A stretch of DNA of 55,100 nt from an uncultured archaeon (GTDB lineage Archaea > Thermoplasmatota > Penumbrarchaeia > JASLWR01). Below are positions 28,591 through 38,784 of this stretch, in pieces. The stretch lies in contig CAYSHM010000020.1 of assembly GCA_964430885.1 (NCBI GenBank), forward strand, positions 1 to 55,100, written 5' to 3'. Position 1 is the first letter of the stretch; every line of letters begins with the position of its first letter. The notes beneath the pieces are model-generated. The model did not search any database and was not told the DNA's origin. It saw nothing but the letters and a program-made list of their open reading frames with translations. A program made the translations under genes and the position numbers.

Positions 28591-29739
28591 TTATCTGTTG
28601 CGTTTCTTAACTATCAACGCTATGAATAGAATTGCAAATACGGCTCCGAATGTCTCTACCATACCGAACCCTGGCAACAATCCCCCGCCATCGTCCTTGC
28701 CAACATCGGAACCGTGTTCTGACATGGTAAATGAAAATCCCTTCTGAACCGAATTGCCTGCGGAATCTACCGCTGTTATGGTAACATTATAGCTGCCCTT
28801 TTTGAATAGTTCCAGGGGGAAATGGTATTCATAATCGAAAGCTTTATCCTGGGAGTTATAGACCTCATTTTTGTATTCGAACTCGTATTCCTCGTCATCA
28901 TCGGTATCTTCCCCGTTCTTGGAGTTAATCAAAAAGTAAATCCGATCGAATTCACTGTTATCCTGCAGGGTGATGGTGATTATTTCCCTGTTATCATCAA
29001 ATCCAATATTTCTGATCAAGGGTTCACCATGCTCGTATATGCGTATTACCGAACTGCTGGTCACCTTGTTGCCTCTGCTATCTTTGGCAGTTATTGTGTA
29101 GTTAATGCCCAGAGGGATATTAGGATTCTGATTGTCCAGGATGGTATTGACCTGGTCCCATGTAAGGGAATAGAAATAATTATTATCTTCACCTTTGATC
29201 ATTTTGGCATCTATTTTGCCTATGCCCAACTGGGGCGGAAAGATGATATTGACCTCGGGTGTCTCAAGTATGTAATTATCCTTGATCTCGGCCCGGAACA
29301 TGAGGGGTGTGGTGTTGAACATGGCAGGGTTGAATTCCTGTTTTTCCAATGTGTTATCATCGAGTATTGGGTCTGAAAAATCAGAAAATGGGGGGTTCAG
29401 CGATATGGTCAATACGGCGAACCAGGTCAATCCGAAGGCCAATAGGAAATTGAACCAGCTCTTTTTATTGATATTGGTGAGCTTCACTTTCAGGGGGGGC
29501 AGAATAAAATATAGGGCTCCAAGCCCGATTACACCAGGTATGAAAATATAGGTCCATTGGTCCATAAACTGATGATAAAGGGGCAGGGTAGCTATCCCTA
29601 TGATGATACCCCAGATCACGGATATTATCACACCCCTGCCGATGAGCAACTGTTCCTCAAGATATTCCTTCTCATCGAACTCTGGAGGTTTATAAGCCGA
29701 CCTTTCTGCTTCCTCAATGTTCTTTCTTTTCTTTGCCAC
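28591..29739 (-). CDS. Membrane protein with three N-terminal TMs, Ig-like ectodomain and PGF-CTERM tail
   Basis: YKPPEFDEKEY, then 3 TM, NPPFSD, two Ig-like units (YTITAKDSRGN, VTITAVDSAGN) and LPGF-TM-KKRNR. Confidence 0.75.
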   Translation of the reverse strand: MAKKRKNIEEAERSAYKPPEFDEKEYLEEQLLIGRGVIISVIWGIIIGIATLPLYHQFMDQWTYIFIPGVIGLGALYFILPPLKVKLTNINKKSWFNFLLAFGLTWFAVLTISLNPPFSDFSDPILDDNTLEKQEFNPAMFNTTPLMFRAEIKDNYILETPEVNIIFPPQLGIGKIDAKMIKGEDNNYFYSLTWDQVNTILDNQNPNIPLGINYTITAKDSRGNKVTSSSVIRIYEHGEPLIRNIGFDDNREIITITLQDNSEFDRIYFLINSKNGEDTDDDEEYEFEYKNEVYNSQDKAFDYEYHFPLELFKKGSYNVTITAVDSAGNSVQKGFSFTMSEHGSDVGKDDGGGLLPGFGMVETFGAVFAILFIALIVKKRNR

Positions 29740-30041
29740 TGAAATGCCTTCCGTTTCAATATTTTCCCCGATCTGTACTACGCAAGCAATTTATTTCTCG
29801 GCCTTTGTATTCTGTCCCTAATGATTTGAACATATAATAATCTATAAGCCCACATTTCAATGAAAACAATACTGACCGAATAGTTAACTGAGGAAAAGAT
29901 ATTAATCGTTTTGAAGCACACCATATGTCACATTTATTATATTGATATTGTGAAAAATAATATCCAATAAGAATTTTAAGAGTTATTCTAAGCATTTCCG
30001 CCATTTTGCGGATTTATCTTTTCAGGGAAGTGGTCAAATGG

Positions 30042-30920
30042 TCAATCATGCGCTGCTTTTGAAGCAATTGCTTCCCTTATGAATTTGGCTGCCAGGGAGG
30101 ATGTGTTACCGTTATCGTAATTAGGGAATATCTCCACAACATCCAAACCTATCATCTGTTTTCCCAGACCTTGAATGATCTTCATCACCGTAATAGGATC
30201 TAATCCCATTGGCTCCGGGGTCCCGACGCCGGGAGCATAGGCGGGATCGAGCCCGTCCATATCAATGGATAGGTACACCTTGTCATTCCCAATGAATTTC
30301 ATCACCGAGTCGATAATTTCCTTGCCGGAGAAATAAAACGGATCCCTATAACTCAAGTTCATTCTATCGGCATCTCTTTTTTCCCCCTTTTCCATGGATC
30401 TCCCGCCAATGATGATGCAGTTCTCGGCACCGATCAGTTCGCTCACCCTTCTTGTTACACAGGCATGGGAGTTTGGGTCATCCAAATAGCTCTCCCTGAA
30501 GTCGAGATGTGCATCTATACAGACAAATTTCATTCCGGTCAATTGCTTCAGTTCATCCGCTTTAATGATTGCCTTCAATACTGGTGCGGTAATGGAATGT
30601 TCGCCTCCCATGAATATGGATAATGCCTTCTGTTTCATGATTTCAATGATATATGGAGCGGCCTTCTTTTCCACCTCTTCAATGCACTCTGGTTCAATAT
30701 TTCCCAGATCGCATATCTCCAGGTCATCAAGGTCCACATCCAAACGCTGGTTGTATGTCTCGAAATTATATGATTCATCCCTTATATGATCGGGAGCTGA
30801 GGCAGTACCCTTTCTATGACTGGTCGTTCTTTCATAACAAATACCAAGAATAACAAATTTGGCCTTCTCAATTGTAGAAAACGCATCGGCAAAAAGCACT
30901 TTTTCCTTATCCTCGTTCAT
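30042..30920 (-). CDS. speB: Agmatinase (ureohydrolase family)
   Basis: GGEHSIT, DAHLD, SHAC, SIDMDGLDPAYAPGVGTPEP, DVVE. Confidence 0.92.
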   Translation of the reverse strand: MNEDKEKVLFADAFSTIEKAKFVILGICYERTTSHRKGTASAPDHIRDESYNFETYNQRLDVDLDDLEICDLGNIEPECIEEVEKKAAPYIIEIMKQKALSIFMGGEHSITAPVLKAIIKADELKQLTGMKFVCIDAHLDFRESYLDDPNSHACVTRRVSELIGAENCIIIGGRSMEKGEKRDADRMNLSYRDPFYFSGKEIIDSVMKFIGNDKVYLSIDMDGLDPAYAPGVGTPEPMGLDPITVMKIIQGLGKQMIGLDVVEIFPNYDNGNTSSLAAKFIREAIASKAAHD

Positions 30921-31001
30921 GGTGTTAACCTCATCCCGTTCTATTTATTATTGATAAATAAACATCATCATTGGTTATAACATATTTCCGCTTATTGTAT
31001 G

Positions 31002-32261
31002 TCAATTACCTCTGATCGCCGATATTATTTCAACCCTGGTGGCCTTGAAGGCAGGTATCAGGGCGAAAATTGAAGCGATCAGCATTATATATGCAACGGT
31101 CCTTATGACCAGTGCAGGGGTAAATGACGTAATCTGCTCATCCCAGCCGTATTTGGTGGATAGGTAGTCCCCGGTATAGCTAGCGGTGAAATAACCCAAA
31201 ACAAGCCCCAATATCACACCGATAGATATCAATATCAATGTTTCTATGAAGACCCTTTGGAAAATTCTTCTCTTGGAAATCCCTATGGCTCTCAGAACCC
31301 CTATCCATTTCTGCTGATCATAGATGTTCATTATCATAATGCATGCAACGAACAGAAGCCCTATGATAAGTGTCACCGTTCCCGCTGCTCCGTAGAACAT
31401 ATCTGCAATAATGCTCTGCTCCTCCAATTCGCTCAAACGGTCGTTCTTGTTCATGACGAGATATGCCGGATATCGATCGCTCAGGGATCGGGTGATTTCT
31501 TCAATACTTTTCGAATCTCTTCTTTCTTTGGAAATTGATAGGGCAAGGGATGATATTATATCCTTCTGGGCTAGAGTTATGTTATTGGAATTGTAAGCCA
31601 ATAGGGACTGCATTTCACTTAAATGGAATAGGACGATTCCCTGGATACCAATTCCTATAAGTCCTTCTCCTGTTAGCGGACTTGAAAAATAGCCGTCTAT
31701 GGTGAATCGGGTCCCGTTCTCCATTTCCTGTCCGAGCCCCAATGAATCACCTATTTGAAGCCCTGCCGATTCCATTAACCTTCTATTGATCAATGTCTCT
31801 CCTGTGAAAGGGCCGCCATATGAACCATTGGAATAGTAGCCGTCTCCAGTGGTAGAGAACCATTTGTGAATGTCGATTTCGATACCGTAGAGTTCTATCT
31901 TTCCATTATCCATTAAGAATTGGCCCACCAATGAAGGATCGAGTCCGATTGCAATGATTGATGACCATTCATCATTTATCTTTAATCTCATTGAGGAGAC
32001 AAGAATAGGGGAGAGGGCACTTATGTTCCTGAGGTCCCTACTGAGTTCATCCATAATTTCATGCCCTGAATAGATATTCCCGCCGTACGATGCCGTGGTA
32101 ATCACAATATCATCTTTGCCCTGTTCTATCCATTGGGTATTGTTGTTCCTCATACCTTCTGTTATGGACAGCATGGAGATCAGCAGAGCGCAGGAACTCA
32201 TTACTGCGATCAGGGTCAGGATGGTCCTTCCAGGCCTTTTCAGAATCTGATTAATAAGCAT
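31002..32261 (-). CDS. ABC transporter permease, MacB/FtsX family
   Basis: RPGRTILT N-terminal TM, large extracellular loop, IGVLRAIGISK..F..E, three C-terminal TMs, IPA..A. Confidence 0.88.
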   Translation of the reverse strand: MLINQILKRPGRTILTLIAVMSSCALLISMLSITEGMRNNNTQWIEQGKDDIVITTASYGGNIYSGHEIMDELSRDLRNISALSPILVSSMRLKINDEWSSIIAIGLDPSLVGQFLMDNGKIELYGIEIDIHKWFSTTGDGYYSNGSYGGPFTGETLINRRLMESAGLQIGDSLGLGQEMENGTRFTIDGYFSSPLTGEGLIGIGIQGIVLFHLSEMQSLLAYNSNNITLAQKDIISSLALSISKERRDSKSIEEITRSLSDRYPAYLVMNKNDRLSELEEQSIIADMFYGAAGTVTLIIGLLFVACIMIMNIYDQQKWIGVLRAIGISKRRIFQRVFIETLILISIGVILGLVLGYFTASYTGDYLSTKYGWDEQITSFTPALVIRTVAYIMLIASIFALIPAFKATRVEIISAIRGN

Positions 32262-32262
32262 A

Positions 32263-33588
32263 TCATTTCTCCCTCATGCTGGCTATAGGGGGTGTACGTC
32301 CGATTATATATGTGGGTATCAGGCTGGATATCAATGTGATTGTGAAGGTGATGAAGGTGATGATTATTACCGTACTTGCCGTAACACGGGTAATGACCAC
32401 CGCTGGGGGCAGATTGTCATAGGACGATCTAACCATGAATTCAACTATTTGGTTACCGATTATTCCGAAAAGCATTCCCAAGAAGGATGAAATGAGGCAT
32501 AAGAACGTTACTTCAATAAGGAAATGCGACATGATGGTCCTGGATGATATTCCCAGAGATTTCATGATGCCAATCTCAGATTCCCTTTTCTTAACTGATA
32601 TCACCACTACCGTCATGGTGAACAAAAGAGCTGCGGAACCGCTGATTATGGATATGATAGAACCGAATGTCTTCATGATGCTTGTGAATTTCCCTATCTG
32701 GGTGGAGTAATCCTTATCTGAATAGGCGGATATGTCCCTTTGGTATGGTGAATCTTCCATGATCCATTTCACAATCTCATTTTTAGGGACATGGTTTTCC
32801 GTTTTAACGTAGATCTTACTCACGCTGTCGAACCTGGTCATACCTTTGAGATACTGCAGTTCACTCAGATGCAGAACGCAGCTAAGCGCTTCCTTTCCCT
32901 CATAGCGTTCTTTCATTATACCCACTACAACAAAAGGAATGGTATCGTTTATCCAGTCATTCAGACCATTCATATCCGCGGGTATATATGATCCAACTGT
33001 AACAGTGTCACCTATATCTGCATCAAGTATTTCGGCCAATCCCCCATCGAGCATTATCTCATGTGTGAATAAGGGGGAGTCCGCTCCTTTTAAATATGTG
33101 CCGTTCTGATAAAATGGGTCGTTCTTTTCGGAAAAACCTTTGCCTTCAACTATTATTTCTCCCCCGAAGGGTTCGTATAGCAGGGGAATTCGTCCTCTGG
33201 CTATACAGTTATGAACATTTATTTCTTTTAGGACCGGGCCGTATTTTTCAGTAGACATATTTTCGATTTTTTCCACAGCGGTGGATGTAATGACAATATT
33301 GTCAACAAGGATGGGGGATGCGGTGGAAATATTTTCATTAGACATAAGTGAATCAGCTATCTTTCTACCGTCGGAAAGAGGGGGGAATATATCCTGAAAC
33401 ACTATGGGGGTTCCTTTTGGTACAACATATATGTCAACTCCTTTCTCATCAAGTATCTTTTCTATTGATGTATCGATACCGGAGGACAGCGATAGTATAC
33501 AGAAGGTCAGCCCTATAGCAAAGGATATTCCCAAGGCCGTTAGAAGCGATCTGCCGGGTCTCCTAAGAATTTCCCTGATGGCATACAT
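32263..33588 (-). CDS. ABC transporter permease, MacB/FtsX family
   Basis: RRPGRSLLTALGI, RESEIGIMKSLG..FLIE, 1+3 TM topology. ATG 33588 is preferred (track start 33621). Confidence 0.88.
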   Translation of the reverse strand: MYAIREILRRPGRSLLTALGISFAIGLTFCILSLSSGIDTSIEKILDEKGVDIYVVPKGTPIVFQDIFPPLSDGRKIADSLMSNENISTASPILVDNIVITSTAVEKIENMSTEKYGPVLKEINVHNCIARGRIPLLYEPFGGEIIVEGKGFSEKNDPFYQNGTYLKGADSPLFTHEIMLDGGLAEILDADIGDTVTVGSYIPADMNGLNDWINDTIPFVVVGIMKERYEGKEALSCVLHLSELQYLKGMTRFDSVSKIYVKTENHVPKNEIVKWIMEDSPYQRDISAYSDKDYSTQIGKFTSIMKTFGSIISIISGSAALLFTMTVVVISVKKRESEIGIMKSLGISSRTIMSHFLIEVTFLCLISSFLGMLFGIIGNQIVEFMVRSSYDNLPPAVVITRVTASTVIIITFITFTITLISSLIPTYIIGRTPPIASMREK

Positions 33589-33661
33589 GTTGGGTAGGTC
33601 TCCTTGCTGTTTATTGACCAACTTGTCGGTTTTGAATAAGAAATTTTAAATATTTCGGAAA

Positions 33662-34174
33662 CTAGGCTTCATTGGTTTTTTCTTCACTTTTAAGCAGATC
33701 GAACAATAGGTATAGAAGGATATTGGTTGTGGATTCTATGATCTCTGTTCTCTTGCCATCAAGTTTAAGACTTTCAACAATTGTGATATCTTCAAAAGCC
33801 AATCCAATGTATATGGTACCGATGGGTTCACTTTCATCTCCTGTAGCAGGACCAGCATAACCAGTGGTGGATAAACCGACATCAGCATCGGAAATTTTTC
33901 TAATCTTTTCAGCCATGAGTGCAGCCACTTGGTTGGAAACAGCACCGTATTTCTCAAGGATTTCTTCCGGAATTCCCAATATTTGGTTTTTCATTCTGTT
34001 AGAGTAGGGGATGCAGCCCAAAACAAAATACTCCGAGGCGCCAGGTATCGATGTTAGAATCGATGCTACATAACCACCGGTGCAGGATTCAGCACAACTC
34101 AAGGTCAATTTGGCATTTTTGATTAGTTCAATAAGCTCTTTTAACACGACTAACACCAATGTCGTCCTTTTCAT
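33662..34174 (-). CDS. cinA: CinA C-terminal domain protein / NMN deamidase (PncC family)
   Basis: AESCTGG, PGAS, YSN..K, GAVS, STTGYAGP. Confidence 0.9.
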   Translation of the reverse strand: MKRTTLVLVVLKELIELIKNAKLTLSCAESCTGGYVASILTSIPGASEYFVLGCIPYSNRMKNQILGIPEEILEKYGAVSNQVAALMAEKIRKISDADVGLSTTGYAGPATGDESEPIGTIYIGLAFEDITIVESLKLDGKRTEIIESTTNILLYLLFDLLKSEEKTNEA

Positions 34175-34280
34175 AAGGGCGGATCTAGTACCCTGTGGTA
34201 ATTAAAAGAATATAGAATCCATTAGAGTGAATTCGATTATTGCGAGGTCAGGAGTAATTATCCTTTTACAGCTGAAATCA

Positions 34281-35129
34281 TTATTCCAGAAGATCGATCC
34301 GCAGGGATTCAATAAGAAGCTCGTCAAAGCCCTCCACTTCAAGCAGTTCATCAGTGGATGCTTTTCTTATCTTATTCAGTGTATCGAATCCCTTAGCAAT
34401 TAGGGCTTTTGCTCTGGTGGGGTTGATGCTATCCAATTTACAGAGTTCCTGAATGATATGCGCAGAGTTCAACGGCGGGACCTCTTCCAATTCTTCATCT
34501 TTATCACCAAAAAGGTCAAGACTCCCCTCCAATTCATCTTCAAGACTTGGAGTATCTACTTCTGGTTTTTTCTCTTCCACAGTAACTTCTTCTTCAGGTT
34601 CAAGTTCTTCCTTTTCAGCTTCTTCCTCGATCTTCTTCAATTCAAGCATTGTCTTTGAAGAAGTTATTGATTCACCTTGGGCAACCTTGTCTAGAAGGTG
34701 CTGGCGTTCGTTGAGGGACTTACGAAATTCATCCATGGTACTAAAATTCCTTTCAAACCACATATCTCTGGCAGAGATCTGTTTCTTTGCTTCCTCCAGC
34801 TCCTCTTCCAGTTCCTCGGTAAGGGCGTATAATTGAGCATATCGCTTATTACTTTTTTCAAGGAGTGAGTTTCTTTCCTGAAGTTTTGGATGAACCTCGT
34901 CCAGATCATTCTGCAGAGAGGTATTCTTAAGCTCCAGCTCCATTAATTCTTTGTTCTTGTCCTCAATGAGCTTTCTCATGCTGGCTATCATCTTGTTTGC
35001 TTTGAGTATCTCTTTCTCCTGTGTGAGGATCTTCTTCAGGGCTTCACTATACTCCTTTTCCTGTTCCTCATAGGCTTTCCACAGCTTAATCAATCTTTCC
35101 TTTTCGATACTCTCTTCCTTTTCCGGCAT
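34281..35129 (-). CDS. Coiled-coil protein with C-terminal helix-hairpin-helix domain
   Basis: About 150-aa heptad region, acidic linker, then LDSINPTRAKALIAKGFDTLNKIRKASTDELLEVEGF (HhH_5-like). GAGGA RBS. Confidence 0.75.
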   Translation of the reverse strand: MPEKEESIEKERLIKLWKAYEEQEKEYSEALKKILTQEKEILKANKMIASMRKLIEDKNKELMELELKNTSLQNDLDEVHPKLQERNSLLEKSNKRYAQLYALTEELEEELEEAKKQISARDMWFERNFSTMDEFRKSLNERQHLLDKVAQGESITSSKTMLELKKIEEEAEKEELEPEEEVTVEEKKPEVDTPSLEDELEGSLDLFGDKDEELEEVPPLNSAHIIQELCKLDSINPTRAKALIAKGFDTLNKIRKASTDELLEVEGFDELLIESLRIDLLE

Positions 35130-35344
35130 TTATCGTCCTCCGTTTCAGCGATTTGACCTCTCTTGAAGCACAGTTTCTTTACCATGAAGTAATAAACTGA
35201 CTGATTTGATTATTCTATTGTATCTGTGAATTGAACATTTGATACTATATAATGTTTAAGGAAACAGATTACTTCTTATTAAATTTTTCATAACATTGTA
35301 TTATTTATACGAATTGTACCAGTGATAACCAGTTGAAAGAAGTG

Positions 35345-35773
35345 TCAGGCTACTTCCATACCTCCTACCCTTGTGTTTTCCTTTTTCTTCCGGTTGAAAT
35401 TAATATTGGGTAGAGGTATTGGAGGCGGTAGCTTCAGATCTCTAGAGATCATTACAGCTTCGGGAACACATATTCTCATTATGCCAGTATGGATCTCGCT
35501 GGCAATATTATCCGGAAGGTTTCCATCCTCCAGCCATTTTTTTGATAGTTCCTTAACATCGCCCTGAAATATGATATTCCCTTCTATCCTGATGGAACCG
35601 ACCCCTCCATAGGTAGCGGTATATCTGAATTCGATTACTATTTCCTTGTCATTATAAGGCTTGATTGTGGTAATCGAGGAATTGTTATCGATTCTAACAT
35701 TCTTGATCTTCTCCTGAGGTTTGGTATACCTCTTTCCCTCAATGGAAGTGATATCAATGTTCTTTATTGGCAT
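35345..35773 (-). CDS. Conserved archaeal protein, possibly SecB-like fold
   Basis: Four beta-strand pattern (IEGKR, NSSIT, IEFRYTATY, SIRIEG), then helices and LPPPIPLP. Confidence 0.6.
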   Translation of the reverse strand: MPIKNIDITSIEGKRYTKPQEKIKNVRIDNNSSITTIKPYNDKEIVIEFRYTATYGGVGSIRIEGNIIFQGDVKELSKKWLEDGNLPDNIASEIHTGIMRICVPEAVMISRDLKLPPPIPLPNINFNRKKKENTRVGGMEVA

Positions 35774-35907
35774 TTACTACACCCTTTGCATTAAACAGAT
35801 TTAAAATTCTATTACTGGAAACTACCCACCAGCTAAGAAGGTTCTCTATATAAAAAGATACTTATTTTCTTTTAGTATTTTTCTTATGATTGAAGCCTGC
35901 AGTATTT

Positions 35908-37320
35908 TCAATCAGGAATTCCAGGTCTGGAAATTAAAGTATCTCCCAGATCCCTTAAGCTTTTTCGAACTAAAACGATAGCCAGGACAAGCGCCCAGAT
36001 AGTTGCAATTGGATAAGCTAACCAAATATTGATCAAACTCGATGCTTGGCTTAGGAAGAGAGCAAAGGGTATCAGAATAATTATCTTCTGTAATAAGATG
36101 ATTATCAAGGATTGGATTCCCTTTCCCAATGCTTGAAAATAAATGGTTATCATCACAACGGGTCCTGAAAGAAAGAAAAGAAGTCCAATCCTTCTAAAAG
36201 CTTTTGATCCAGGGCTCACAAGCCCTCCGTCGGGATTAAAAATCGATATGATAAGGTCGGGAAAAATCATTATGATTGCATAACCGATAAATGACAGAAT
36301 CAAACTCCACATAACGGCCTTTTTTAATCCTCTACGAAGGTATTGATATCTTCCAGCACCCCAACTGAACCCGAAGAATGAAAGAAATCCATGCCCCATG
36401 CCTAGGATGGGCATCATAATGAAGGATTGTAATTTAAAATAAATTCCCAGTATGGCAATGGAATAAAGGGATATACCTCCGAAGATAAAATTCATGATGC
36501 CGAGACTGATTCCTCCCAAGATCTGCACGGTAAGGGCAGGAACTCCTACTATGCCTATACCCTTTACAGTGCAAGAATCGGGCTTTTTAATAACCTTCAT
36601 AATTCCAGGGATGCTTATCAGTTTCTGTTTAAATAGGATGAATAGAACAGCGAGAAAACCTATGGTTCTTGATGCAACAGTGGCCCATGCAGCTCCTTTC
36701 ACTCCGCTTGCGGGAATAGGTCCCAAGCCGAAAATCAGTATCGGATCAAGAACAATATTCAATAGAGCTGTTCCTCCCATTATTATCATTGGAGTTACGG
36801 TGTTGCCCCTGCCTTGGAGAATTCGCTCACCAATAATGGTGATATAGATCCCGAAGGAAAAGATCAGTATTAATTCCAAATAATTTGTACCTATCCGGAC
36901 AATTTCCGGGTTATTGGTAAATAAGGACATGATGGAACTGGAAAAAATAATACCCGACAAGGCAGAAATTATTGAAAGCAGCAACCCTATTAGTATAGAA
37001 GTATTGGCAATTCTCTCAGCATCCCTTTTTTTCCCTTCTCCTAGGGTCCTGGCCATCAATGATGCTACACCAGTTCCGGTCCCAACTGCCAAAGCAATTA
37101 TTATCAGCTGAACGGGATATAAAACCGATAGGGCAGTCAAGGCTTTCAATCCCTGATCTTGATTGCCGGTAATGTTTCCAACGAAGATAGAATCCACAAG
37201 ATTGAAGGTTGATTGAAAGAACATGCCTATCATGGCAGGCAAGGATAATTTCAAAAGAACCTTTGCCATGGGTTTTTTATCGATGGTTTTCTTGTTTAGG
37301 ATAATATTAGGCCCTCCCAA
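35908..37320 (-). CDS. MATE family efflux transporter
   Basis: LSLPAM..FNLVDSIFVG, LQGRGNTVTPM, LNIVLDPILIFG..GVKGAAWAT, about 12 TM. Confidence 0.92.
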   Translation of the reverse strand: MGGPNIILNKKTIDKKPMAKVLLKLSLPAMIGMFFQSTFNLVDSIFVGNITGNQDQGLKALTALSVLYPVQLIIIALAVGTGTGVASLMARTLGEGKKRDAERIANTSILIGLLLSIISALSGIIFSSSIMSLFTNNPEIVRIGTNYLELILIFSFGIYITIIGERILQGRGNTVTPMIIMGGTALLNIVLDPILIFGLGPIPASGVKGAAWATVASRTIGFLAVLFILFKQKLISIPGIMKVIKKPDSCTVKGIGIVGVPALTVQILGGISLGIMNFIFGGISLYSIAILGIYFKLQSFIMMPILGMGHGFLSFFGFSWGAGRYQYLRRGLKKAVMWSLILSFIGYAIIMIFPDLIISIFNPDGGLVSPGSKAFRRIGLLFFLSGPVVMITIYFQALGKGIQSLIIILLQKIIILIPFALFLSQASSLINIWLAYPIATIWALVLAIVLVRKSLRDLGDTLISRPGIPD

Positions 37321-37327
37321 TCAAGGT

Positions 37328-37801
37328 TCAGGATATTTCCCATTCAATAGAGAGGGTGATGTCGCCGTTGGCCAAATTTGAGATGCTGAAGGTATAATTG
37401 GCTTCTTGATGGAGCTGAATTACTCTTTTATCCTCCAATTCAAATCCATTCTGGTTCAATGGGAGCCCCGGGACCTTAGTGGAGTTATCATCGATCAATT
37501 GCCAGAAAATATCGTCTGAGGCCTTCCATTCTATGTTCAGCTTATTTCCTTCTTGGGCTGAAAACACGATTTCGTATTTTTCACCCTCCTTTATGGTGAC
37601 TGCCTCCTCTATTTTTTCCTGGCATCCCATTAGGGTAACAGATATTACAATAATGATTGACATAATAATCATCCAAACTCTTATGGGTCTACCAAACAGT
37701 CGAATGAAAATAGTATCCTTAGATATCATAGTATCACTATCCTCCATACCGCTCATGGAGATTATGATCTTAAAACCGGTAATGGTTTCATAATGGAACA
37801 T
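37328..37801 (-). CDS. Putative small lipoprotein with beta-sandwich (GOLD-like) domain
   Basis: Hydrophobic stretch ending in LMGC (lipobox-like), followed by an all-beta pattern (YTFSISN). The true start is probably downstream of 37801. Confidence 0.5.
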   Translation of the reverse strand: MFHYETITGFKIIISMSGMEDSDTMISKDTIFIRLFGRPIRVWMIIMSIIIVISVTLMGCQEKIEEAVTIKEGEKYEIVFSAQEGNKLNIEWKASDDIFWQLIDDNSTKVPGLPLNQNGFELEDKRVIQLHQEANYTFSISNLANGDITLSIEWEIS

Positions 37802-37834
37802 CTTTAACCATACAATTCATAAATTATACAATGA

Positions 37835-38533
37835 TCAAAACGAATCTTGATCTCTGATGAAAAAGTGTTCGAACCCCTTTTCCCGGTCAGTGAACATTAC
37901 TTCGTATGTGATATTGGGGTCATCTGCATCCTTCAGGGAGTTAAATATGTCCCGACACATTTCCAATGTTTCCTGATGTGAATTTTTGAATTGATATGAA
38001 ATTTCTAATTTTTCAAGGCAGAGCAGTTTATCCCTTCCTATCACACTGGCTTTATGATCAGTTATGGCACCTGAAATATCAGTTTCATACATGTGTATGC
38101 CTTCTGTATCCAATCCTCCTATCTGAAGGGTAGTACCGAAGGGCCTTACACCACCATGCTGGGTATATGAACCTAATACATTACCCAGTCTCTTGACCAG
38201 CCTTGGAATGGATATTGATTCACCGTAGAGGATGTCCTCTCTTCTAGCAATATTCCGGCAGAAATCTATCAGCACCCTTCCGTCAGCGGTCAATCCCGAA
38301 GACGATCCTATTATGTTGGGGGCGATTTTGAATAATTTGTTAGAGGAATTGGTAATTGACCGATGCTTCTTCTTTTTTCGGCGTGCAATTATCAACGCAC
38401 CATCTGAATATTTTACACCTAATGATGTTTCTCCCCGCTTGACCGCTTCTCTGGCATATTCTACCTGAAATAGCCGTCCTTTAGGCGAGAACATGGTATT
38501 GGATGCATCATATGTTGGTGTGTCATGGAACAT
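37835..38533 (-). CDS. psmA: Proteasome alpha subunit, divergent paralogue
   Basis: YDASNTMFSPKGRLFQVEYAREAVKRG, SGLTADGRVL, YTQHGGVRPFG. GGAGGT RBS. Confidence 0.88.
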   Translation of the reverse strand: MFHDTPTYDASNTMFSPKGRLFQVEYAREAVKRGETSLGVKYSDGALIIARRKKKKHRSITNSSNKLFKIAPNIIGSSSGLTADGRVLIDFCRNIARREDILYGESISIPRLVKRLGNVLGSYTQHGGVRPFGTTLQIGGLDTEGIHMYETDISGAITDHKASVIGRDKLLCLEKLEISYQFKNSHQETLEMCRDIFNSLKDADDPNITYEVMFTDREKGFEHFFIRDQDSF

Positions 38534-38784
38534 ACATCAGACCTCCGTTCAAGTTTACTGCGGTAATATGACTGATATCAAATCCAAATAGCCAAATGTA
38601 TTTTTCATAGGCCGATACGAATTTGCCGTTAATTACCTGCTCGAGGGATCGATATTGTGATAGGTAATGCTATTATCTATAACTTACCGTAACATTTTCC
38701 CAAATTAGGGTAGAAGATTGATTGAGAAAATGAAAATATATACCGTGATTTACAGAACAACTGAAGGATTTTGGAACAAAAACA

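Noticed and set aside
29756-30004. 82-aa ORF between speB and the PGF-CTERM gene
   Set aside because: AT-rich promoter-like sequence with no recognisable motif or RBS; likely spurious, though a short peptide cannot be excluded.
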